Below the pieces are notes generated by a model, which searched no databases, had not been told where the DNA came from, and saw nothing but the letters and a program-made list of their open reading frames with translations. Shown in pieces: positions 56,355 through 64,000 of a stretch of 64,000 nt of DNA. This DNA is from Candidatus Latescibacterota bacterium. GTDB taxonomy: Bacteria; Latescibacterota; UBA2968; GCA-2709665. How positions within the stretch are numbered: the first letter of the stretch is position 1; every line of letters begins with the position of its first letter. The stretch is taken from positions 1,920,001 through 1,984,000 of the forward strand of contig OZ241917.1 in the NCBI GenBank assembly GCA_965203805.1. Reading direction: 5' to 3'. Made by a program: the position numbers and the translations under genes.

Positions 56355-57135
56355 AGGCGTACAGGATCATCAATCCAATGATTATGATCCAGGCCATATA
56401 GTGGAATTTCTCGCGTGTCTCGATGTAGCGTGCAATCCGAGGCAGATCAGACCGGAACTTGCCGGACATCGTGCGCTGCACGTAGGTCTTGTAATATTCA
56501 ACCAGAAACCGCTCCAGTCCGCCGTACATGAATATCAGATACCCGAGCGGCACGGGCGCTTCCGGATTATTCGAAAAGTAAAACAGTGGAGAACTGATGG
56601 CAAGCACCGCTGCAGAACGAAGGAATTTCAAGGGGACGAATCCTTCAAAGGGGGCGTCCTTATATGCGCCGCCGAGAGAAACCAGCATTCCCGTCGAAAA
56701 GGCGACCACCGCGAACACCGGAAAGTCCGCGATCGGCATTGAGAGAAACAGCAGGGCAAAGACCCCCGACACCAGAACAGCGCCGGAGAAGAGGCGCAGC
56801 GGTTCGCTGGTAACCGGCCGGCCGAAGAACGTAATTCTGGAGGGTACGGCGTATTTCGACTGATCTTCCGCTCTGAAGAATCCCTTGTACAGCTCTGCGA
56901 GGAACCGTTCCAGGCCCATGATGGCGAAGAAAACCTGGAAAAGGCTTAGACTCCGGAAACTCTCCTGGAAGGCGGGCAGACCGTAGAGCGCAACGAAGAT
57001 GACGGCATGGAAGTAGATGCTGCGGGGAAAGGTTGGCAGCTTCAGACCTTCATAGGGTGAGTCCTTGAAGGCGCCCCAGAGCGAGGTATACAGGCCTGAA
57101 ATCAAACTCACCAGAAACGGGAACCAAAAATTCAT
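56335..57135 (-). CDS. Uncharacterised membrane protein with two-fold internal repeat
   Basis: SLWGAFKDSPYEG..RS / SLGGAYKDAPFEG..RS and GLERFLAELYK / GLERFLVEYYK repeats; about 7 TM helices. Confidence 0.8.
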   Translation of the reverse strand: MNFWFPFLVSLISGLYTSLWGAFKDSPYEGLKLPTFPRSIYFHAVIFVALYGLPAFQESFRSLSLFQVFFAIMGLERFLAELYKGFFRAEDQSKYAVPSRITFFGRPVTSEPLRLFSGAVLVSGVFALLFLSMPIADFPVFAVVAFSTGMLVSLGGAYKDAPFEGFVPLKFLRSAAVLAISSPLFYFSNNPEAPVPLGYLIFMYGGLERFLVEYYKTYVQRTMSGKFRSDLPRIARYIETREKFHYMAWIIIIGLMILYAYELTTL

Positions 57136-57199
57136 GGAATGGCGCCCCGGCGGCTGGCATCACTGAGGATAATCGAATGGAATCCCGCCTCGTGCCGGA

Positions 57200-59647
57200 T
57201 TACGGCCGTGCGCTTCCCGCTCTGACCGCGTGCCGGTTCCGTTTCAATCGATCGAGGATTTCCAGTACGGCAGGCAGAACGACAACGGCGGCCACAAAAC
57301 AGGTCAGAAGGCCGATCACGGCCAGTTTCCCGATGGAATTCAAACCGGGATGCCTCGCCGTGATGAGACCGAAAAAGCCGATCATCGTAGTCATCATCGA
57401 GACGAGCATCGCGCCTCCCGTATTCCTGAGGATCACCGGGATGGAATCCGCGCCTTCCTCCTGGTACCGGTGAAAGAGATGAACGCCGTTATCGATGCCC
57501 ATCCCAATGATCGTCGGCAAGGCAACCATATTGTAAAAGTTCAGCTTCATTCCGGAAAGATACATGCTTCCACACATCCAGATCGCGCCGCAGATGAGCG
57601 GCAGCATCACGAGCAGCCCGTTTCGGATGCTTCGAAAGTCGATAAATACGATCAGGAAAACGACCAGAAGCGTGATGCCGATCGCCCACCGGCTGTCCCG
57701 GATCATCAACTTGAGCATATCCGCGAAAATTATGCTGGAACTGGAAGAATAGAAACGCTTCCCGGACTCGGTCGTTATCAGATGGGTGTCATCCGCGAAC
57801 TCGATGGCCTGTCGTCCGTCGCGAAGTTGCACGCTGGGATAGATGAAGGCAAAATGGGCCCGGCTGCCGTCCACCGTTGAAAACTTGCGGAGGATGTTTT
57901 TCGGCAGATCGTCCACATCCAGCCCTTTCACGTCCATCAGTTCGCGCAACTCGTCCACCCGCTCCTTTTGATCGTCCTTGAGCAATTTCGCGCCTTCGCC
58001 ATCCACGAGTTCGCGAAGTTCAGCAATCAATGCCAGCTTTTCATCTTCGCGATCGGGCAGGAAGGACCAGAGCGTCCTGATCTTGTCAATTGTGGGGGTC
58101 GGGTCGTCCGACGCGATCTTTCCCTGCACCGCTGCGACGATTTCATCCAGTTCCTCTTTGCTGTCGGCGAGGATCACGCTTGGCGAGTGCGACTCGCCCC
58201 TGAATTTGGAAAGCGAATTGATCTTGTCTTTCACTTTCTTGGATTTGGCAAGATTGGAACGCAGATTGGTGAAATCGTATTCGAACTGAATCCGATCCAG
58301 ATTGTATGCCAGGTAAACCGTACCGGCAATGGCAACGGCGAACACGACCGGCGCCATCGGAAACCGGCCCCCGCTGGTGCCGCGTTCGTGGCCGAGCACG
58401 TGCCGCATTCGCACAAGCTTCAGGCGCTCGTCGGCAAGAACGAGAAAGGCCGGAAGCACCATGGTCATGGACACAAGGGACATAATTATCCCCGTTCCGA
58501 CAATAAAGCCGAACTCCGAGAATCCCTTGAAATCCGTAATGGTCAGCGAATAGAACGCCATCGATGTGGTCAATGCAGCGGTGAGGATGGCCTGCCCCGT
58601 CTGAATCAACATCGTCTCGACCGACTGCCTGACGTCCATGCTCGCCATGCGGTCCTCGAGGTACCGGGAAAACATGTGAATCCCGAAGTCGATTCCAAGA
58701 CCGAACAGAATCACAAACAGGAATCCGGTCATCGTGTTCAGGTTGCCGATCACCCAATAGGTAACCGAAAACGCCCACGTCAGCCCCATAACGAGCGGGA
58801 TAGCAACAAAAAAGGCAGCCAGCGGCTGCCTGAAATAAAACGTGAGAAGCAGGACGACACCTACAAATCCAAATATTACCGTTGACTTGATGTCGTCCAG
58901 AATGGTGTCATATTCATCGATCTTATTCTTGAACGACCCTCCGATCGAGACCAGCATATCGGGATGATAGGACATCGGTTTCAGCTTGTGCACGGCGTCC
59001 TCGAGCACGCTGTACATCTCTTTGCTGAAACCGATATTACTCACCGTTCCCGATGCCGTGACCTCCATGGCGACGATGGTACTGTCCGGATTGGTATAAT
59101 AGACTTCGTGTCCGCGGTCTCCGTTTTCCTTGTACTTCGCTTCAATATCCGAAAAATCCAGCGGCTCGTCGTCTTCTCCGTCGTCCAGGTTGAAGAACAG
59201 CGGAGACAACTTCAGTTTTTCCTGCCGGATGCGATCGTCGATACGAAGTTGTATGTCTTCCAGATCCTCGAGATCCATATACAACAACGCGTTGTCTTTG
59301 AAGAAATCGACTTCACGCTTGTAATCGACGTAGTTTACGTATTTCCAATACTGTTCGGCCTTCAATTCAACAGCCAGATCTTCCACGAATCGCCGTGACG
59401 CGGTGAAATCCCCGCATTCCGCGAGAACAACGAGGCTGCCAACGCCACCGAGGCGCGCCTTGATATCTTCGAGCGTTCTCACGCTCGGATAGTGTTCCGG
59501 TATCAGAGCCGCGATATCCGTCTCGAGACGCTGAATCAGTCGATAGACAAAAAAGCTGCAAAAAATGGAAAGGAAGGTCGATACAACGATAATAATGGCG
59601 TAACGTCGATAGACAAAGTCCGCCAAAAGCCGCAGCCTGTCCTGCAT
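57200..59647 (-). CDS. MMPL/RND family lipid transporter (HpnN-like)
   Basis: Two RND halves with GLGIDFGIH and GMGIDNGVH motifs; large periplasmic loops. Confidence 0.92.
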   Translation of the reverse strand: MQDRLRLLADFVYRRYAIIIVVSTFLSIFCSFFVYRLIQRLETDIAALIPEHYPSVRTLEDIKARLGGVGSLVVLAECGDFTASRRFVEDLAVELKAEQYWKYVNYVDYKREVDFFKDNALLYMDLEDLEDIQLRIDDRIRQEKLKLSPLFFNLDDGEDDEPLDFSDIEAKYKENGDRGHEVYYTNPDSTIVAMEVTASGTVSNIGFSKEMYSVLEDAVHKLKPMSYHPDMLVSIGGSFKNKIDEYDTILDDIKSTVIFGFVGVVLLLTFYFRQPLAAFFVAIPLVMGLTWAFSVTYWVIGNLNTMTGFLFVILFGLGIDFGIHMFSRYLEDRMASMDVRQSVETMLIQTGQAILTAALTTSMAFYSLTITDFKGFSEFGFIVGTGIIMSLVSMTMVLPAFLVLADERLKLVRMRHVLGHERGTSGGRFPMAPVVFAVAIAGTVYLAYNLDRIQFEYDFTNLRSNLAKSKKVKDKINSLSKFRGESHSPSVILADSKEELDEIVAAVQGKIASDDPTPTIDKIRTLWSFLPDREDEKLALIAELRELVDGEGAKLLKDDQKERVDELRELMDVKGLDVDDLPKNILRKFSTVDGSRAHFAFIYPSVQLRDGRQAIEFADDTHLITTESGKRFYSSSSSIIFADMLKLMIRDSRWAIGITLLVVFLIVFIDFRSIRNGLLVMLPLICGAIWMCGSMYLSGMKLNFYNMVALPTIIGMGIDNGVHLFHRYQEEGADSIPVILRNTGGAMLVSMMTTMIGFFGLITARHPGLNSIGKLAVIGLLTCFVAAVVVLPAVLEILDRLKRNRHAVRAGSARP

Positions 59648-59650
59648 GAA

Positions 59651-60271
59651 TCAATCCTTCCCTTTCCCGTCCGCCGCGTCCTCGTTGAGCTTGTCCCTAA
59701 GCTTATTAACAAGACCCTCGTACGACGACTTTCGAATTTCCCTGTAGAACTGCGACCGGTTGTTTCTGGCAACGCTCAAGTCATCGATGACCATATCATA
59801 AACCAGCCACTCTCCGTTAACAGGGTGGAGCTTGTAGTCGATGTTGCTCTGCTCGTCCTTATAGTGCACGACAGTCCGAACGAGACCATCGGTGCTGTCG
59901 ACTTTCGAACCCACGTATTCGATTTTCTCGGATTTGGTATAGAGCTTCGGATCGGCGTAATTTTTGACGATGAGTCGACGACATAGATCGGCAAATTCAG
60001 CCTGCTCGGCCCGGGTGCGGCGCTGCCAATGCCGGCCCAATGCAAGCATGCTGAACCGGTGGAAATCGAACATATCCTCCACGATTTTCTTCAATTGCTC
60101 CCGTTCTTCGGCCGTCTCACCCCCTGTTTCCGAATTCACAACCGCCTTGATTGCCCCGTCCCGAGTTTTCATGACCTCGAGGAGCGCCCCGGCCTGATCC
60201 GCACCCAGGGCGGAACCACGACCAAAGCCAACAAGAGCAAAAAACACAATAATATAGGACAATTTCTTCAT
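59651..60271 (-). CDS. MlaC/Ttg2D (HpnM-like) periplasmic lipid-shuttle protein
   Basis: Signal peptide; FDFHRFSMLALGRHW and IDYKL..WLVYDMVIDDLSVARNNRSQF motifs. Confidence 0.88.
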   Translation of the reverse strand: MKKLSYIIVFFALVGFGRGSALGADQAGALLEVMKTRDGAIKAVVNSETGGETAEEREQLKKIVEDMFDFHRFSMLALGRHWQRRTRAEQAEFADLCRRLIVKNYADPKLYTKSEKIEYVGSKVDSTDGLVRTVVHYKDEQSNIDYKLHPVNGEWLVYDMVIDDLSVARNNRSQFYREIRKSSYEGLVNKLRDKLNEDAADGKGKD

Positions 60272-60385
60272 TATGGCCAGTTCCTTCTACGGGCTGAAAT
60301 AAAACGATCCGACGTCAGTACACCTCCATCGTCGGCTCGATGAACATTCGAATCAATGGACGATTTACGGAAACCCGTATATCCA

Positions 60386-61825
60386 TCAGTCCGCTTTCCC
60401 TGAAACCAGCTTGTCCGTTTGCGTCGTGCGCGTTCGCATAATATGCCCGATGAATCCGAATACGGCGCTTACAACGAGGCCGGAACCTAGAACAAAAATC
60501 CAATAGATCGCCCCAAGGCAGTTCAAGACCGCCAGAACACAGAACAAAGCCGCGGAGAAGTCCCGCCGGCACGCGAACTTCATTCCGCAAAAAATCCGGT
60601 GCAGTCGTCCACGATGCGCTTCTGGAACTTCGCTGGAAAACCCAATGTTGAAGCTTACGATACTTCCGGAACCGCTCTGCCTCAGGTACACGCAGATGAG
60701 CAGGACCGCCAGTACGTCCAGCGCAAGCGCGACGAATCCCAGCGCCATGAGAACCGGTTCTCCGGTCAATTTGAACATGCCGTAGATGACACCGGAAAAG
60801 AAAACCAGATAGGATACATTATCGGCCACGGTATCCAACCATTCCCCAAGGCGCGAACCGGAAAACTTGAGCATGGCGATCTCGCCGTCACAGCCGTCCA
60901 GGATGGATGCGAACTGGACCAGCAGACCTCCGAGCGCGACGCGCAAATAGCTGCCTTCCGCCACGGACCAGCCCGCCAGGAACGTGACCATCATTGCGGC
61001 AATTGAAATCTGGTTGGGGGTCACCGACGTTCGCACCAGCAGCCTGGAAATCCGCTTGGAGATTTTCCGGTTGAAATGGCGGGAAACAACCCCGTCGGTC
61101 GATTTACCCAAAAACCCGAACAATGCCTTTTCCCCCAGGTGCAGTGCTTCGGGCGTATCGACATCCTGCCAGAACAGACCGTCGATTTCCACCGCGCGCA
61201 TGTTCCCTTCGGAAGCCAGAATCTGCACCCCGCCCGAGAGTGATTCGTCGCCTCGGGCGATGGCTCGTTCGATTCCGTCAAATAGCGCCGGGGTACACAG
61301 GAAAATGCCGGTATCCACCGCGTCGTACTGGTCCAGCGCTTTGCCGATACGCAGAATCCGTTCGCCTCCCAGAACGACTTTGGTGGCATCGTCCAGATCC
61401 TGAACCCGATCCAGCCGGGTGTCAACACACAGCGCCGACTCGCCGGCGCTCAACAAGAGGCGCCGCATACGTGTAATGACCCGCGGTTCAAACAGATGGT
61501 CCGCCATCATCAGGAGAAACTGGCCCTCGACAAAATCCCTGGCCTTCAGTACGGAAAGGCCGTTGCCGCGCATCCATTCATCGTTTTCAACCCAATCAAT
61601 GTGTACGTCGATCTGCGGATCGTTGGCGATCGCGGCCCGAATTTCATCGCCCCGGTAACCGATCACAATGGCGAACTCGGTGATCCCGGCCCGCTTTGCG
61701 GTCAATATAGCGCGCTTCAGCAATCCGACGCCGGCCACTTTAACCAGCGGCTTTGGCCGGCCGCGCCCATACCCGTTCAGGCGGCTGCCCATACCGGCAG
61801 CGATAATCACTGCCCTATCTGCCAT
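60386..61825 (-). CDS. Bifunctional inositol-1-phosphate cytidylyltransferase / CDP-alcohol phosphotransferase (IPCT/DIPPS-like)
   Basis: IIAAGMGSRL..PKPL, GNGLS, MADH, DATKV and WQDVDT in the N-domain; DGVVSRHFNRKIS, TPNQIS and DGCDGEIA..GEWLD (CDP-OH transferase signature) in the C-domain. Confidence 0.9.
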   Translation of the reverse strand: MADRAVIIAAGMGSRLNGYGRGRPKPLVKVAGVGLLKRAILTAKRAGITEFAIVIGYRGDEIRAAIANDPQIDVHIDWVENDEWMRGNGLSVLKARDFVEGQFLLMMADHLFEPRVITRMRRLLLSAGESALCVDTRLDRVQDLDDATKVVLGGERILRIGKALDQYDAVDTGIFLCTPALFDGIERAIARGDESLSGGVQILASEGNMRAVEIDGLFWQDVDTPEALHLGEKALFGFLGKSTDGVVSRHFNRKISKRISRLLVRTSVTPNQISIAAMMVTFLAGWSVAEGSYLRVALGGLLVQFASILDGCDGEIAMLKFSGSRLGEWLDTVADNVSYLVFFSGVIYGMFKLTGEPVLMALGFVALALDVLAVLLICVYLRQSGSGSIVSFNIGFSSEVPEAHRGRLHRIFCGMKFACRRDFSAALFCVLAVLNCLGAIYWIFVLGSGLVVSAVFGFIGHIMRTRTTQTDKLVSGKAD

Positions 61826-61838
61826 GACATCCTCCCCT

Positions 61839-63278
61839 TTACTCCAGAATCGAACTTCCGGTCGCGCGCCTCAGTGCCACCCAGGCCAGGTTGAATTCCA
61901 ACACGGACTGATAATACCTGGCGCGGATGACACCATACTCCTTGACCGCGTCGACCATCTCCCCCGCCTCCTCCAGACCGGCATTGAATCCATCTCTCGC
62001 CGAAACAAACCACCGCCTTGTTGCCCGACGGGCTTCTCGCGCCGCCCTGATGTTCGCTTCCGCCTCTACGAGCGACCGATAGGCGCTTTCGATTTCCAGA
62101 CGGGCGCCCTGAACCGCCAACTGCGCCTGGTAGCTGAGTTTCTCGTAGGCCAGACGGGCTTCTTTCACCTTCCCTCTCGTGCTCGCGAACGACAATGACT
62201 GCCGGAAGCCGAGGACTGCGCCCAACTGAGTCACGTTGAACTCGTCCTTGAGAAACGGGTTCCGCTGGCGGTCCCTGTTCGGCGCATAACCGTATTTAAA
62301 CTGGCCGGCCAGAAAGACCTGTGGAAACAGATCAGTTCGGACGGCCCGCACCTGTGCCGACCGCACCCGTAACCCCTCCCGAAGCTGACCCAGATCCGGA
62401 CGACCCTCCGCGAGCGAGAGGTAATATTCCAGTGGACGAATCCGAACGTCTACCGGTTTCAGCTTCCCGTCGGCAAGGGTAAGAGAGTCAGACTCGGAAA
62501 GCCCCAGAAGAATACGAAGCGCCGACCGTGCGAGCGCCTGACTCTTGACGACCTTGTTTGCATTTTCCTCCACGTCGTACACAAACCTGTCGATACGGTG
62601 CAGATCCGTATACGTAAAATCCCCCGTGTCCCCTTCCAGTTTCTCGACGATGGTTCTCCGCGCCCTGCCGATCTCCTCCCTTGACTCATTCGCCAGGTCT
62701 CTAAGCTGATCTGCCAGCAGGAGCAGATAGTAAGCCCTGGCTACCTGCCGCTCCAGGTCGAATCGGGTTCTCTTCAGACCTGCGCGCTGCGCGCCGATGC
62801 CGCCGGATGCGGCTTCCAGTGCCGCGTCGAGTTTGCCGAAGGTGAACAGCGGCTGAACCAGCGACAATTCGGTCCTTGTAAACACACCCATCTGCCGCCA
62901 GTTGCTGACCCCCGTAAGGGCGTCGCCGCGAGCTTCCGGCGAGGGGCCGAAAATCCAGGTGAAATCCAGATGGGGAAGAAATCGCGCGGCGTGTACCTGG
63001 CTGAGTCGATTCTGTGCAATCTCCAGATCGGTCTCGGCGGCCTGAATGGACGGACTCGACGCGAGTGCCATCCTTACGCACCCTTCAAGATTATATCGAA
63101 CCTGTCCGGATTCGGAATAACAGGGACCGATTCCGATTCCCGTCACGCAGATCAGGACAATCGAAACGGGGAGCCACACCCTGTGTGAACTTTTACCACA
63201 TGTGTGGAAAAATTGCAACGCTTCCTCCGAAGCCCTCCCTGACCAACGGTATTCCAGTGTCCTCAGAAAATCTATCAA
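61839..63278 (-). CDS. TolC family outer membrane protein
   Basis: LEGCVRMALASSP, LVQPLFTFGK, VARAYY and FPQVFL outer-membrane efflux repeats; true start may be downstream of 63278. Confidence 0.88.
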   Translation of the reverse strand: MIDFLRTLEYRWSGRASEEALQFFHTCGKSSHRVWLPVSIVLICVTGIGIGPCYSESGQVRYNLEGCVRMALASSPSIQAAETDLEIAQNRLSQVHAARFLPHLDFTWIFGPSPEARGDALTGVSNWRQMGVFTRTELSLVQPLFTFGKLDAALEAASGGIGAQRAGLKRTRFDLERQVARAYYLLLLADQLRDLANESREEIGRARRTIVEKLEGDTGDFTYTDLHRIDRFVYDVEENANKVVKSQALARSALRILLGLSESDSLTLADGKLKPVDVRIRPLEYYLSLAEGRPDLGQLREGLRVRSAQVRAVRTDLFPQVFLAGQFKYGYAPNRDRQRNPFLKDEFNVTQLGAVLGFRQSLSFASTRGKVKEARLAYEKLSYQAQLAVQGARLEIESAYRSLVEAEANIRAAREARRATRRWFVSARDGFNAGLEEAGEMVDAVKEYGVIRARYYQSVLEFNLAWVALRRATGSSILE

Positions 63279-63326
63279 TTATCTGGAAATACTAAAGATA
63301 TTTTCATCCGGCCAGGATTTTTCCAA

Positions 63327-64000
63327 TCAGGGAATCTGTCTATTTGCAGCGAAAGCCGTGCCATAGTGCAGTGCACGTCCCGCGTGGCTTTGGACCCGGA
63401 GCGCTTCAAGAATGATGGCCTGCACACGCCGGGCTACCTCAACCGCGTCGTGCCGCTGAACCGCCGAGACGCGGGCGGCCTCACCCATCCGCTGTCGCAA
63501 TCTCCGGTTCTCGACCACCCTGAGGATGGTGTCGGCAAGCCCGGCGGCGTCGTTCGGCGCCACCAGGAATCCGTTGTAACCATGCCGGATCAATTCAGGC
63601 ACACCGCCTGTATCGGACCCCACCACCGGTGTGCCCAGTGCCAGAGACTCGATAACGCTTCGCGGACAGGGGTCGGGCGCAGAAGAAGGAACGAGTGTGA
63701 CATCCATGTCCTTCAGGAACGGTCTGACGTCGGTCTGAAATCCTGTAAAGTGGACACGACCTGAAAAGCGGCCGTTTGCGACCTTGCGGCGATAGCGGTC
63801 CAGCAGGTCCAATGACCGGCGAGGGCTGCCACCGACAACCACCAGCACCACGTCCTTGCGCCGGACCAGGACCTGCTCCATCGCCGCCAGCAGCGTGTCG
63901 ATGCCTTTCCACGCAACGATACGACCGACGAAGCCCAGAACCACTTCGTCCGGTCCGATCCGGTACATCCGGCGCACGCACCCCCGGACGCCGGCAGGGT
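63327..64000 (-). CDS. Glycosyltransferase family 4 (GT-B), 5' part outside window
   Basis: GFVGRIVAWKG, FTGFQTDV and PDPCPRSVIESLALGTPVVGSDTGGVPE motifs; frame open to 64000. Confidence 0.92.
   Translation of the reverse strand, partial: PAGVRGCVRRMYRIGPDEVVLGFVGRIVAWKGIDTLLAAMEQVLVRRKDVVLVVVGGSPRRSLDLLDRYRRKVANGRFSGRVHFTGFQTDVRPFLKDMDVTLVPSSAPDPCPRSVIESLALGTPVVGSDTGGVPELIRHGYNGFLVAPNDAAGLADTILRVVENRRLRQRMGEAARVSAVQRHDAVEVARRVQAIILEALRVQSHAGRALHYGTAFAANRQIP

Overview
64 kb from a GC-rich Gram-negative bacterium. TonB-dependent receptor, TolC and MlaC genes show a diderm envelope. The mix of a DUF6785-type membrane protein, a CRTAC1 protein with a dockerin-like tail, heparinase II/III-like proteins, a sulfatase and a PhyH protein is reminiscent of Latescibacterota/Poribacteria-like organisms (inference only). 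There are three blocks. (1) 1-12.2 kb is a visibly more AT-rich, partly decayed accessory block holding the best candidate for a new system. A 1628-aa Ser/Thr kinase-AAA/STAND-TPR-GAF-sigma54 activator is followed by a terminator and a good sigma54 -24/-12 promoter. The promoter precedes a 72-aa Cys/Trp/Pro peptide with a strong RBS, a CteB/PapB/QhpD-like radical SAM/SPASM maturase and a secreted beta-propeller gene missing from the ORF track, together suggesting a sigma54-controlled RiPP locus with an unfamiliar core. The block also carries a group II intron 5' remnant, an ABC solute-binding pseudogene and an AbiEi antitoxin pseudogene. (2) 12.3-51.3 kb holds envelope proteins and a long run of catabolic and orphan enzymes, ending at tRNA-Thr(CGT). 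(3) 51.5-64 kb holds transaldolase, a GGPP-type synthase and a minus-strand operon (GT4, TolC, IPCT/DIPPS-type fusion, MlaC, MMPL, an internally duplicated membrane protein, GMC and Gfo/Idh/MocA oxidoreductases) that looks like synthesis and export of an inositol-containing (glyco)lipid. No CRISPR array, rRNA or intact transposase was seen. All family calls come from motif recognition by eye, not database searches.
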